From NCBI GenBank assembly GCA_963708025.1, contig CAVPSB010000022.1:194162-258161 (forward strand): a stretch of DNA of 64,000 nucleotides, given 5' to 3'. Shown piece by piece: positions 1 to 11,891 of the stretch. The notes beneath the pieces were generated by a model. That model was not told the origin of the DNA, did no database searches, and saw nothing but the letters and a program-made list of their open reading frames with translations. Source of the DNA: an uncultured Candidatus Rokubacteria bacterium (GTDB lineage: Bacteria; Methylomirabilota; Methylomirabilia; Rokubacteriales; DASRDR01). The stretch's first letter is position 1; each line of letters starts with the position of its first letter. A program made the translations under genes and the position numbers.

Positions 1-1
1 G

Positions 2-3000
2 GCACGCCCCCGCCTGAGCGTCGTGATTCCGACCCGCGGCCGGGCCCACACGCTCGGCTTCACCCTGAAGACGTGCGTCGCCCAGGAGTTCCCCGACTGC
101 GAGTTCCTCGTCTCCGACAACTCGGGCGGCGACGCCGTCCGCGAGACGCTGGGCCGCTTCGACGACCGCCGGCTGCGCTGCGTCCGGACCCCGAAGCTCC
201 TGGCGATGGCCGACAGCTGGGAGTTCGCCGTGGGTCAGGCGGCCGGCGAGTACGTCACCGTGATCGGCGACGACGACGGGCTCCTGCTCCACGCCCTCCC
301 CGAGATCGATCGCATCCTCCGCCTCGTCCGGGCGCCCGTGCTCCGTTGGGAGTCGGTCTGCTACAACTGGCCGGACCTCCCGCCTCAGCCCCACGCCACC
401 CCCAACGAGCTGCTCGTGCCGCTCACCAAGACCGGGGGGCGCCACACGATCCAGGCTCTCGAGGCCCGGCCCATGATGCTCAGGGCCGCCCACTCCGAGA
501 TCTCCTACGCGCAGCTCCCGATGATCTACTGCTCGGCGGTCCACCAGAGCCTGCTCGCCCGTCTCCGGGAGCGCACCGGGCGCGTCTTCCGCGCCCAGTG
601 CCCCGACGTCTACAGCGCCTTTGCCTTCGCCTCGCTCGCCGGCTACTACCACTCCTGCACCGCCCCGATGGGGGTGAGCGGCCTGTCGGGCGCCAGCAAC
701 GGCGTCGCCGAGCTGTACCTGGGGGGGCGGTCGCCGGTCGCCGAGGAGTTCCGCCGCCTCAACGCCGAGGCGGATCTCGGCCCCCACCCGAGGGTACCCG
801 ATCTCCCGCTGATGGCCGCCAAGGTCGCCGACGCGTTCCAGCGCGCGAAGGACGCGCTCTTCGCCGACGACGGCCGCCTCGGGCTCGACCGGAAGGCGGT
901 CGTGCTGCAGTGCCTCGAGGAGCTCGGGGAAACCGGCACGGACGGATGGACCGACGCGGCCGGGGCGATCCGGGAGGCCCTGGGCGACGATCCGGCGCTG
1001 GTCGCCTGGTTCACGGCAACCTGCGGGCGCGGACCCCGGACGGCCCGCGCCCCCGGGGCGCGGCGAACCCGCCGCGGCTACGGCGGCCCCTACCTCCTCC
1101 TGGACGCCGCCGGCTTCGGCGTCAGCGACGTCTACGAGGCGGCCGAGCTGTGCGAGAAGCTCCTCGGCTACCGGGCGGAGGGAACGAATGCCCGCCTGGC
1201 GAGCGAGGCGCCGGCGGAGCTGCCCGCGAGCGAGGTCGGGCCAGCCGTGGCGCGGGCGGCGCCGGCCCCGCCGTCCGTGCGGGCCGACGAGCCGGCGCTC
1301 TACGAGCAGGAGCTGGACCTTTCGCTGCTCCTCCGGCTCTCCGAGCGGCTGCCCGAGCGGACCGTCCTCGACGTGGGGGCGGAGCGCGGGGCGTTCGTCG
1401 ACGCCTTCCTGGCCGCCGGCTGTCCCCGCGTCTTCGCCTTCGAGCCCTTCCCGTCCCACGCCGAGCTGCTGCGGGACCGGTTCGCGAGCGACGACCGCGT
1501 GCGCGTGCTCGAGGTGGCCCTGGGCGCCCGCGACGAGAAGGCCGATCTCCACATCGCCGAGGACCGGAGGGGGCACGAGTACCCCTACTACCACTCGCTG
1601 GTGGCCTTCGCCGAGACGGAGCAGGTGCGCTGGGCCAAGCGGGTGCCGGTCATCTGCCGCTCGCTCGACTCGCTGGTCGAGGACGGCACGCTCCCGGCGG
1701 AGGTCGGGGTGCTGAAGGTCGACACCGAGGGACACGACCTGGAGGTGATCCGGGGGATGGGGCGGCTCTCGGCCGCCGTCGTCATGGTCGAGTACTGGGA
1801 CACGATCCCGGCGATCTTCGGGGCCTGCCCCTACAGCCTGGAGGAGGTGGCCCAGGTCCTCGCTCCCCGCGGCTACTCGAACGCGGTCGTGGTCAAGCGG
1901 CACGACGCGTTCCAGGTGCTCCAGCTCGGCAGCCTCGCGACGCGGCCCGGCGACTGGGGGAACGCGATCTTCGTGCACGACCGCGTCTGGCCGGCACTCG
2001 CTCCGCTCGTCCACGAGGTGACCTCGAAGGTCCAGACGCGGCTCATCGACGCCGCCGTCGATGCTCGACAGCGCGCCTTTCGGCGGCGCGAGGTCATCGC
2101 CGAGCTGAAGGCGCAGCAGCAGCTCCCGCGCGGCATGGCCCGCTGGCTGAAGCCCCGGCTCGGTCACCTGCGCCACCACCCGCCCCGGCCGATGGAGATC
2201 CCGGCGCGCTACCGGGCCGAGCCGCCGGTGACGGCCGGCCCGGTGATCTCCATCGTGACGCCGACGCTCAACTCGGAGCGGTTCGTCGAGCGCACGATCC
2301 AGAGCGTCCTCGACCAGGGCTACGCGCCGCTCGAGTACGTCGTCAAGGACGGGGGCTCGTCCGACGCCACCCAGGCCATCCTGGAGCGCTACCGCGATCA
2401 CCTGGGGGGCGTCGAGGTCGGAGAGGACAGCGGCCAGGCCGACGGGATCAACCGTGGCTTCGCGCGGACGTCCGGCGAGATCATGGCGTACCTGAACAGC
2501 GACGACCTGCTCCTGCCCGGGACGCTCGCCTACGTCGCCCGCTTCTTCGTGACCCACCCGAAGGTCGACGTCGTCTACGGCCACCGGGTGCTGATCGACG
2601 AGAACGACCTGGAGATCGGCCGGTGGGTCCTGCCCCGCCACGAGTCGGACATCCTCTCCTGGACGGACTACGTGCCCCAGGAGACGCTGTTCTGGCGCCG
2701 TCGGATCTGGGGGCGGGTCGGGGGGATGCTCGACGACACCTTCGCCTTCGCGATGGACTGGGACCTCCTCCTCCGCCTCCGCGATGCCGGCGCCCGGTTC
2801 GTCCGTCTCCCGCGGTTCCTCGGCGCGTTCCGCGTCCACGAAGGCCAGAAGACCTCGAGCCAGATGCGGGGCGTAGGGGCACGGGAGATCGCCCGCCTGC
2901 GCCTGCGGGTCCACGGCCGGCCGGTCTCGCCCGCCGAGGTGCGGCGCCGGATCCGCGGCTACCTCGTGCGCCACATGATCTACCAGAAGCTCTACCGATT

Positions 3001-3019
3001 GGGCGTGCTCCGCTACTAG
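2..3019 (+). CDS. Multidomain glycosyltransferase: GT2 - FkbM-family methyltransferase - GT2 (5' end open at window edge)
   Basis: Frame is open from position 2 (ARPRLSVVIPTR). N-terminal GT2 (VSDNS, IGDDD), central FkbM motifs (VLDVGAERG, FAFEP, LKVDTEGHD), C-terminal GT2 (ISIVTPTLN, DGGSSD, YLNSDD). Confidence 0.88.
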   Translation, partial: ARPRLSVVIPTRGRAHTLGFTLKTCVAQEFPDCEFLVSDNSGGDAVRETLGRFDDRRLRCVRTPKLLAMADSWEFAVGQAAGEYVTVIGDDDGLLLHALPEIDRILRLVRAPVLRWESVCYNWPDLPPQPHATPNELLVPLTKTGGRHTIQALEARPMMLRAAHSEISYAQLPMIYCSAVHQSLLARLRERTGRVFRAQCPDVYSAFAFASLAGYYHSCTAPMGVSGLSGASNGVAELYLGGRSPVAEEFRRLNAEADLGPHPRVPDLPLMAAKVADAFQRAKDALFADDGRLGLDRKAVVLQCLEELGETGTDGWTDAAGAIREALGDDPALVAWFTATCGRGPRTARAPGARRTRRGYGGPYLLLDAAGFGVSDVYEAAELCEKLLGYRAEGTNARLASEAPAELPASEVGPAVARAAPAPPSVRADEPALYEQELDLSLLLRLSERLPERTVLDVGAERGAFVDAFLAAGCPRVFAFEPFPSHAELLRDRFASDDRVRVLEVALGARDEKADLHIAEDRRGHEYPYYHSLVAFAETEQVRWAKRVPVICRSLDSLVEDGTLPAEVGVLKVDTEGHDLEVIRGMGRLSAAVVMVEYWDTIPAIFGACPYSLEEVAQVLAPRGYSNAVVVKRHDAFQVLQLGSLATRPGDWGNAIFVHDRVWPALAPLVHEVTSKVQTRLIDAAVDARQRAFRRREVIAELKAQQQLPRGMARWLKPRLGHLRHHPPRPMEIPARYRAEPPVTAGPVISIVTPTLNSERFVERTIQSVLDQGYAPLEYVVKDGGSSDATQAILERYRDHLGGVEVGEDSGQADGINRGFARTSGEIMAYLNSDDLLLPGTLAYVARFFVTHPKVDVVYGHRVLIDENDLEIGRWVLPRHESDILSWTDYVPQETLFWRRRIWGRVGGMLDDTFAFAMDWDLLLRLRDAGARFVRLPRFLGAFRVHEGQKTSSQMRGVGAREIARLRLRVHGRPVSPAEVRRRIRGYLVRHMIYQKLYRLGVLRY

Positions 3020-3118
3020 GAGACCGCCCGGGCCGACTTGTCCCGCCACCGCCTTTCCGATGATACGAGAAGGATCTTCACTGGTGAGCGTCCGCGTGAG
3101 TCACCGGGAGGAAGAAGC

Positions 3119-4913
<1,795 letters not shown>

Positions 4914-4985
4914 TAAGAAGGGGCGAGGTTCATGAGCCTACCCTACCCGACAGCCGGTCTGTGACGTGGGCCTGATGGAGCGGAG

Positions 4986-5744
4986 TTGTCCGGCCAGATC
5001 GACCTGAGCCTGATCATCCCTGCCTACAACGAGGCGCAGCGAATCCGCCCGACCCTCGAAGCGGTGCGCGGTTTCCTCGACGCCCGGGACCGCCGGTACG
5101 AGGTGCTCGTCTGCGCCGACGGGATCGACGGCACGCGCGAGCGTGCCCGCGAGCTGGGGCGGACGGACCCGCGCATCACGGTGCTGGGCAGCGAGCGCCG
5201 CGGGGGCAAGGGCCGGGCGATCCGCGAGGGCGTCGCTCTCGCCCGCGGCCGCGCCATCGGCTTCATGGACGCCGACTACAAAACGCCGATCGAGGAGCTC
5301 CCGAAGCTCCTCGACTGGCTCGACCGCGGGTACGACGTCGTCATCGGGTCGCGCTCGGAGCCGGACGCCGTGATCGAGGTGCGCCAGCCGCTCTACCGGC
5401 GGATCGGCTCCCACGTCTTCGGCCTCGGCATGCACCTCACTCTCGGCCTCTGGGACATCGTGGACACCCAGTGCGGGTTCAAGGTGTTCGCGGGCCCGGC
5501 CGCCCGCGATCTCTTCGCCCGGCAGCAGATCGACGGGTACATGTTCGACGTGGAGGTCCTCTACCTGGCCCGCCGGAGCGGCTACCGGATCAAGCAGGTC
5601 GGCGTGCGCTGGCGGGACGACGGGGACAGCCGGCTCGACCTCGTGGCGGGGAACTGGAGGAACGCGCTGGACATCTTGCGCATCCGGCTCGGGCGATACC
5701 CGGCGCCGGTGCCCCGGGCGGAGCCGGGCCAGGAGGTGGGGTGA
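4986..5744 (+). CDS. Polyprenyl/dolichyl-phosphate glycosyltransferase (GT2, DPM1/ALG5-like)
   Basis: LSLIIPAYNEA, GKGRAIREG, FMDAD, DTQCGFK and FDVEVL motifs. Confidence 0.88.
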   Translation: MSGQIDLSLIIPAYNEAQRIRPTLEAVRGFLDARDRRYEVLVCADGIDGTRERARELGRTDPRITVLGSERRGGKGRAIREGVALARGRAIGFMDADYKTPIEELPKLLDWLDRGYDVVIGSRSEPDAVIEVRQPLYRRIGSHVFGLGMHLTLGLWDIVDTQCGFKVFAGPAARDLFARQQIDGYMFDVEVLYLARRSGYRIKQVGVRWRDDGDSRLDLVAGNWRNALDILRIRLGRYPAPVPRAEPGQEVG

Positions 5745-5763
5745 GAAAGACAAGGGGTTGGGC

Positions 5764-6728
5764 GTGGCGGAGGACGGGCGAGTCTTCGTGACGGGCGGCG
5801 CCGGCTTCATCGGGAGCCACCTGGTGGACCGCCTGCTCGACGACGGCCGCGCCGTCACCGTCTACGACAACCTGTCCACCGGCCGGCCGGCCTTCCTCGC
5901 GCGCGCGATCGGCCGGCCCGGCTTCCGGCTCGTCGAGGGCGACGTCCTCGACCTCTCGCGGCTCCAGGACGCGCTCGTCGGACACGACCTCGTCTTCCAC
6001 CTCGCCGCGAACGCGGACGTGCGGTTCGGCCTGGAGCACCCCCGGAAGGACCTCGAGCAGAACACGATGGGGACGTTCCACGTGCTGGAGGCCATGCGGG
6101 CCGCCGCCGTCCGCCGGATCGCCTTCGCCTCCACCGGCTCGGTCTACGGGGAGCCCGAGGTGTTCCCCACGCCGGAGACCTGCCCCTTCCCGGTGCAGAC
6201 GAGCCTGTACGGCGCCTCCAAGCTGGCCGGCGAGGGACTCGTCACCGCCTACTGCGGCGGGTTCGGCTTCCAGGCGCACATCTTCCGGTTCGTGTCCATC
6301 CTGGGGGAGCGGTACAGCCACGGGCACGTCTTCGACTTCTACCGGAAGCTCATGGCCGACCCGGAGGAGGTGCTCGTCCTCGGGAACGGCCAGCAGCGGA
6401 AGTCGTACCTGTACGTCGGCGACTGCGTCGAGGCGATGCTGGTCGCCGTCCGCCGCGGTCAGGAGAGCGTCACGATCCTCAATCTCGGTACCGAGGAGTA
6501 CTGCACGGTCGACCAGTCCCTGGACTGGATCTGCGAGCGTCTGGGGCTCTCCCCCGCCGCCGGTACACGGGGGGCGAGCGGGGCTGGGTCGGCGACAGCC
6601 CGTTCATCTTCCTCGACACCAGTCGCGTCCGGGCGCTCGGCTGGCGGCCGACGCTCACGATCCGGGAGGCCGTCCTCCGGACGGTGGACTACCTGCGCGC
6701 CAACGACTGGGTGCTCCAGCGAGCCTGA
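5764..6728 (+). CDS. NAD-dependent nucleotide-sugar epimerase/dehydratase (frameshift near 6555)
   Basis: VTGGAGFIGSHL and YGASK motifs; the C-terminus resumes in another frame as RGWVGDSPFIFLD..RALGWRP..WVLQRA-stop at 6728. Confidence 0.88.
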
Positions 6729-6739
6729 GGGCGCTGGCG

Positions 6740-8047
6740 TTGCGGCTGGCGGTCTACGGGTTGTGGCACCTGGGCTGCGTCACGGCCGCCTGCGCCGCGG
6801 CCGCCGGCCACTCGGTGGTCGGGCTGGACCCGGACGCGGCGCGCGTGGCCGAGCTCGGGCAGGGGCGCTCACCGCTCGTGGAGCCCGGACTCCCGGAGCT
6901 GCTCCGGGCTGGGCTGGCCGGTGGGACGCTGGGCTTCACGACGGAGGCGTCGCGGGCCCTCGCCGGCGCGGATCTCCTCTGGCTCACCTTCGACACCCCG
7001 ATCGACGAGCAGGACGAGCCGGACGCGGCCTTCCTGCGCGGCCGGCTCGACGACGTCGCCGACGCCATCGCGCCCGGCACGCTCGTGCTGGTGTCCTCGC
7101 AGGTGCCGGTGGGGTTCACCGGCACCCTGGCGCGCGACTGGCAGGCCCGCGGCCTTCGCTACGCCTGCTCGCCCGAGAACCTCCGGCTCGGCCGGGCCAT
7201 CGAGGCGTTCCGCCGGCCGGACCGGATCGTCGTGGGGATCCGGGACCCCGGGGACCGGCCGCTGCTGGCCGATCTGCTGCGGCCGTTCTCCGAGCGGATC
7301 GAGTGGATGTCGATCGAGTCGGCCGAGATGACCAAGCACGCCGTCAACGCCTTCCTCGCGACGTCGGTGGCGTTCGCCAACGAGGTGGCGCGGCTGTGCG
7401 AGGTCTCGGGCGCCGACGCCAAGGAGGTCGAGCGCGGCCTCCGGAGCGAGCGCCGGATCGGCCCCCACGCCTACGTCTCCCCCGGGGCACCGTTCGCCGG
7501 CGGCACCCTGGCCCGGGACCTCCGGGCGCTCGAGGCGCTGGCCGGGCAGCACGGCCGACCGGCCCCGCTGCTCGCCGCCGTCGGGCGCAGCAACGAGGTG
7601 CACGGGGAGTGGCTCCGGGCGAAGATCACGGCGTCGCTCGGCGACGCGGGCGACGCCGTCGTGGCGGTGCTCGGCCTCGCCTACACGCCCGGGACCAGCA
7701 CGCTGCGCCGCTCCGCCGCGCTGGCCACCTGCGCCTGGCTGGCCGGCCGCGGCGTGCGGGTGCAGGCCCACGACCCGGCGGTGACGGCGCTGCCCCCCGG
7801 CCTCGGCGGGGTGCGCCTCTGCGACAGCGCGCGGGCCGCGCTGGAGGGCGCCGATCTGGCCCTCCTCGCCACCGGCTGGCCGGAGTACCGGGCCCTCGGG
7901 GTCGACGACGTGCTGGCCCGGATGCGGCGGCCTCAGATCCTGGACCCCGGCTGGTTCCTGGCCGACACGCTCGGCGCGGACCCCCGGGTCGTCTACCTGG
8001 CCGCGGGACGGCGCCGTGACCCCGAGGCCACGAGCGATGGACGCTAG
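6740..8047 (+). CDS. UDP-glucose/GDP-mannose dehydrogenase family protein (non-canonical active site)
   Basis: FDTP, SPENLRLG, AEMTKHAVNAFLA and VLGLAY motifs; the catalytic-Cys loop reads PFAGGTLARD. Confidence 0.85.
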   Translation: MRLAVYGLWHLGCVTAACAAAAGHSVVGLDPDAARVAELGQGRSPLVEPGLPELLRAGLAGGTLGFTTEASRALAGADLLWLTFDTPIDEQDEPDAAFLRGRLDDVADAIAPGTLVLVSSQVPVGFTGTLARDWQARGLRYACSPENLRLGRAIEAFRRPDRIVVGIRDPGDRPLLADLLRPFSERIEWMSIESAEMTKHAVNAFLATSVAFANEVARLCEVSGADAKEVERGLRSERRIGPHAYVSPGAPFAGGTLARDLRALEALAGQHGRPAPLLAAVGRSNEVHGEWLRAKITASLGDAGDAVVAVLGLAYTPGTSTLRRSAALATCAWLAGRGVRVQAHDPAVTALPPGLGGVRLCDSARAALEGADLALLATGWPEYRALGVDDVLARMRRPQILDPGWFLADTLGADPRVVYLAAGRRRDPEATSDGR

Positions 8048-8942
8048 CCGGCCGGGAGCGCCGGACGCGAGGCCCGACCCCGTGCTCGCGGGCCGCGGCG
8101 CCGTGATCACCGGGGCCAGCCAGGGCCTCGGCCGCGCGATCGCGACCCGCTTCGTCGAGGCGGGGGCGAGCGTCCTCCTGGTGGCCCGCGGCGAGGCGCC
8201 CCTCCAGGAGGCCCGGGCCGAGCTGGCGCCGCTCGCCGAGCGCCCCGGGCAGCGGGTGGCCGTGATGGCCGGGGACGTCTCGGAGCCCGCCGCCTGCGCG
8301 GCCGTCGCCGAGGAAGCCCGGAGGCTCCTGCCCGACCTCTGCATCCTGGTGAACAACGCCGGGGTCTATGGTCCCATCGGGCGCCTGGAGGACGTGGACT
8401 GGGCGGCCTGGGCCGACGCGGTGCGGATCAACCTGTTCGGGACGGTGCTCATGTGCCGGGCGGTGATCCCGCTCCTGCGCGCGCGCGGCTACGGGAAGAT
8501 CGTGAACCTCTCCGGCGGTGGCGCCACCGCGCCCCTGCCCCGCTTCACCGCGTACGGGGCCGCGAAGACGGCGGTGGTGCGACTCACCGAGACGCTGGCC
8601 GCCGAGCTCCAGGACGCCGGCATCGACGTGAACGCCATCGCGCCGGGCGCCCTCAACACCCGGCTGCTCGACCAGGTCCTCGCGGCGGGTCCCGACGCCG
8701 CCGGAGAAGCGTTCTACCGCCAGGCGCTGCGCCAGCAGGAGGAGGGGGGCGTGCCGCTCGACCGGGGCGCCGCCCTCGCGGTGTTCCTCGCCTCGGCCGC
8801 CAGCGACGGCATCAGCGGCCGGCTCGTGAGCGCCGTCTGGGACGACTGGGCGAGCCTGGCCGGGCGGGCGGCCGAGCTGGCCGGCAGCGACCTCTACACC
8901 CTCCGGCGGATCACTCCCCGGGACCGGCCGGCGCCGCGGTGA
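8037..8942 (+). CDS. Short-chain dehydrogenase/reductase (SDR)
   Basis: ITGASQGLG, LVNNAG, YGAAK and NAIAPG motifs. Confidence 0.9.
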   Translation: MDASRPGAPDARPDPVLAGRGAVITGASQGLGRAIATRFVEAGASVLLVARGEAPLQEARAELAPLAERPGQRVAVMAGDVSEPAACAAVAEEARRLLPDLCILVNNAGVYGPIGRLEDVDWAAWADAVRINLFGTVLMCRAVIPLLRARGYGKIVNLSGGGATAPLPRFTAYGAAKTAVVRLTETLAAELQDAGIDVNAIAPGALNTRLLDQVLAAGPDAAGEAFYRQALRQQEEGGVPLDRGAALAVFLASAASDGISGRLVSAVWDDWASLAGRAAELAGSDLYTLRRITPRDRPAPR

Positions 8943-9925
8943 TGCGCGTGGCGATCGTCGGGTGCGGCCGCATGGGGCGCCGCCGGGCGGAGGCGCTGGG
9001 AGAGGCCACGCTCGTCGCCGTGGCCGACCCCGACGCGGGCCGGGCCCGCGACCTGGCCAGCCGGTTCGCGGGCTGCGAGAGCCACACCGAGTGGCGGGCG
9101 CTGGTCAGCCGCGACGACGTCGACGTCGTGATCGTGGCCACGACCAACGACGCCCTCGCCCCGGTGACGCTGGCGGCCGTGGAGCGCGGCAAGCACGTCC
9201 TCGTCGAGAAGCCGGCGGCCCGCCGCGCGGCCGAGCTGGCGCCGGTCGCCGCCGCCGCCCGCGCGGCCGGGGTCACGGTGAAGGTCGGCTTCAACCACCG
9301 CTTCCACCCGGCCGCGCTCCGGGCCCGGGCCCTGTTCGACGAGGGCGCGGTCGGCCCGCTCCTCTACGTCCGGGGGCGGTACGGGCACGGCGGCCGGCTG
9401 GGCTACGAGCGCGAGTGGCGCGCCGACCCGGCGCGGGCCGGCGGCGGCGAGCTGCTCGACCAGGGGGTGCACCTGATCGACCTGGCCCGCTGGTTCGCCG
9501 GGGATTTCGTGGAGACGACGGGCCGGCTGGCGACCTATTATTGGGACATGCCGGTCGAGGACAACGCCTTCGTCCTGCTCCGGACCGCCGGTGGCCAGGT
9601 CGCCTGGCTCCACGCGAGCTGCACCGAGTGGAAGAACCTGTTCTCCTTCGAGATCTTCGGCCGAGACGGCAAGCTCCAGTGGGACGGGCTCGGCGGGAGC
9701 TACGGGCTCGAGCGCCTGACGCTCTACCGGATGCGGCCGGAGATGGGCCCGCCCGAGACCACGACGTGGGAGTACCCCGGGGAAGACCTCTCGTGGCGCG
9801 CCGAGTGGCGCCACTTCCTGGACGCGGTCGCCGGGAAGATGGAGCCGTGGGGCTCGCTGGAAGACACACTGGCCGTGCTCCGCCTCGTCGAGCGCGTGTA
9901 CGCGCAGGGAACGCCCCGGCCGTGA
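8942..9925 (+). CDS. Gfo/Idh/MocA family oxidoreductase
   Basis: IVGCGRMG, GKHVLVEKP, GFNHRF and GGGELLDQGVH motifs; ATG overlaps the upstream TGA. Confidence 0.9.
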   Translation: MRVAIVGCGRMGRRRAEALGEATLVAVADPDAGRARDLASRFAGCESHTEWRALVSRDDVDVVIVATTNDALAPVTLAAVERGKHVLVEKPAARRAAELAPVAAAARAAGVTVKVGFNHRFHPAALRARALFDEGAVGPLLYVRGRYGHGGRLGYEREWRADPARAGGGELLDQGVHLIDLARWFAGDFVETTGRLATYYWDMPVEDNAFVLLRTAGGQVAWLHASCTEWKNLFSFEIFGRDGKLQWDGLGGSYGLERLTLYRMRPEMGPPETTTWEYPGEDLSWRAEWRHFLDAVAGKMEPWGSLEDTLAVLRLVERVYAQGTPRP

Positions 9926-10902
9926 TCATCACCCGCAGCCCGCTCCGGATCTCGCTCGGCGGCGGAGGCACCGACCTGCCGTCCTACTACCGGCGTCACG
10001 GCGGCTTCCTGGTGGCCGCGGCCATCGACAAGTACGTCTACTTCACGGTGCACCGGACGTTCGTGGACGACCTGATCGTCAAGTACTCGAAGCTCGAGCG
10101 GGTCAAGGGGGCCGGCGACGTCCAGCACCCCATCGTCCGCGAGGCCTTGCGCCTGGTGGGCATCGACGGCCCCTACCTCGAGCTGACCAGCATGGCCGAC
10201 ATCCCGGCCGGCACCGGGCTCGGCTCCTCGGGCAGCTTCACGACGGCCCTCCTCAAGGCGCTCCACGCGCTGACCAACCGGCTCGTCAGTCCCCGCGAGC
10301 TGGCCGAGCAGGCGTGCCACATCGAGATCGACCGGCTCGGCGAGCCGATCGGCAAGCAGGACCAGTACATCGCGGCGACCGGCGGCGTCACCTGCTTCGA
10401 GTTCCGGCCCGACGACCGGGTGGAGGCGTGGCCCCTGAAGGTCTCGACGGAGACGCTGTACAACCTCGAGGACAGCCTGCTGCTCTTCTTCACCGGGTAC
10501 ACGCGGGCGGCCTCGAGCATCCTCCGCGAACAGGACACCCGGACCCGCGGCGGCGACGACGCGATGCTCGAAGGCCTGCACTTCGTCAAGGACCTCGGCT
10601 ACCGGAGCAAGGATGCGCTGGAGGCGGGTGATCTGCGCGGGTTCGCCGAGCTGCTGCGGGTCCACTGGGAGCACAAGCGGCGGCGCGGCGCCGGGATCAC
10701 CAACCCCGAGATCGACCGCTGGTACGAGGTCGGCATGGCCAGCGGCGCCCTCGGCGGCAAGCTCATCGGCGCGGGCGGCGGCGGCTTCCTGATGTTCTAC
10801 GCCGAGGAGAAGGGCCGGCTCCGCCGGGCCATGGCCGGGCTCGGGCTCCCCGAGCTGCGCTTCCGCTTCGACTTCGAGGGCACCAAGGTCGTGGTGCAAT
10901 GA
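9922..10902 (+). CDS. hddA: GHMP kinase, D-glycero-D-manno-heptose-7-phosphate 1-kinase-like
   Basis: RSPLRISLGGGGTD, PAGTGLGSSG, GKQDQY and GGKLIGAGGGG motifs; clustered with gmhA and gmhB. Confidence 0.85.
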   Translation: MIITRSPLRISLGGGGTDLPSYYRRHGGFLVAAAIDKYVYFTVHRTFVDDLIVKYSKLERVKGAGDVQHPIVREALRLVGIDGPYLELTSMADIPAGTGLGSSGSFTTALLKALHALTNRLVSPRELAEQACHIEIDRLGEPIGKQDQYIAATGGVTCFEFRPDDRVEAWPLKVSTETLYNLEDSLLLFFTGYTRAASSILREQDTRTRGGDDAMLEGLHFVKDLGYRSKDALEAGDLRGFAELLRVHWEHKRRRGAGITNPEIDRWYEVGMASGALGGKLIGAGGGGFLMFYAEEKGRLRRAMAGLGLPELRFRFDFEGTKVVVQ

Positions 10903-11891
10903 ACACCCCGAACCCCGGGCCGACCCGAACGTGGCCGAGCGTGGATGGCGCGGCGCTCGGCGTGATCACGCGAGAGCCGTTCCGACCGAAGGCGTCGAGA
11001 TCGGAAGTCCCGCCGATCGGCTACATCTTCACCACGGAGCAGTGTCAACTTTCCTGCGTCATGTGCCACTTCAACGGGCCCAAGGCCGTTCGGAAGATGG
11101 CCACGCTCGATCCGGCGCTGGTCCGGAAAGCGCTCAGCGGGCGTCGGCCCGGAGAGAGCGTCTGGTTCGTCGCCACCGGGGAGTTCTTCAGCGATCCGAA
11201 TGCCCTGCTCCACCTCCGCACGGCCCGCGACCTCGGCCTGGCGCCGCGCGTCATCACCCACGGCCAGCTTCTGACCCCGCCGCTGATCGATGAGATCCTC
11301 GAGATCGGCGTGCGCGAGATCCTGTTCAGCGTCGACGCCATCGATCCCGATCGGTACGCGAAGATCCGCCGCGGCGGTCGCCTGGAGATCATCCTCGACG
11401 CGTGCGCCCATCTCAGCATGCGGAAGCACGAGTACCCCGACCTTCGCGTGGGCGTGACCGCCATATGCTTCGTCAGACAGCCTACGGAACGGTCGGTGGT
11501 CGAGGAGTTCTGGCGGACGCGAGTGGACTACGTCCAGTTCGTCTCGGAGTACTACGACGTGTTTCGCTTTCGGCGCGTCTTCCACCTGCCTCGCCGACGC
11601 ACTGACTGCCTCCTGCAGCTCATGCCGCTTCCCACCGGACGGGTCGCGCCCTGTTGTGCCGTCGTGATTCATGCCCACGACCGGGACGTGTCCTGGCTGC
11701 CCCATCTGGCCGATGACAGCCCGGAGGAGGCGTATCGGAAGCTGTGTGACCTGTACGACGATCCGGAGAGTCCGCTCGGGGAGATCTGCAAGACGTGCGA
11801 CTGGTGGGTCCAGTTTCACACCAACGACGTGGGCGAATCGCCGATCTACGAGAGGGTCGAGCTCGACGCGCCCACGCCCAGCCCCGGGTGA
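10899..11891 (+). CDS. Radical SAM protein with C-terminal Cys-rich (SPASM/twitch-like) region
   Basis: CQLSCVMC (CxxxCxxC), ATGEFF, FSVDAID; C-terminal C..PCC..CKTC; start and stop overlap both neighbours. Confidence 0.82.
   Translation: MNTPNPGPTRTWPSVDGAALGVITREPFRPKASRSEVPPIGYIFTTEQCQLSCVMCHFNGPKAVRKMATLDPALVRKALSGRRPGESVWFVATGEFFSDPNALLHLRTARDLGLAPRVITHGQLLTPPLIDEILEIGVREILFSVDAIDPDRYAKIRRGGRLEIILDACAHLSMRKHEYPDLRVGVTAICFVRQPTERSVVEEFWRTRVDYVQFVSEYYDVFRFRRVFHLPRRRTDCLLQLMPLPTGRVAPCCAVVIHAHDRDVSWLPHLADDSPEEAYRKLCDLYDDPESPLGEICKTCDWWVQFHTNDVGESPIYERVELDAPTPSPG

Noticed and set aside
73-3063. Long alternative-frame and antisense ORFs (also 8962, 16350, 31293, 31949, 54594 and others)
   Set aside because: They are Arg/Gly/Pro-rich shadows expected at this GC content, with no motifs, and they overlap well-supported genes.
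5758-8019. 753-aa epimerase with a long C-terminal extension
   Set aside because: Artefact of a frameshift near 6555; the extension is an off-frame read of the dehydrogenase gene.
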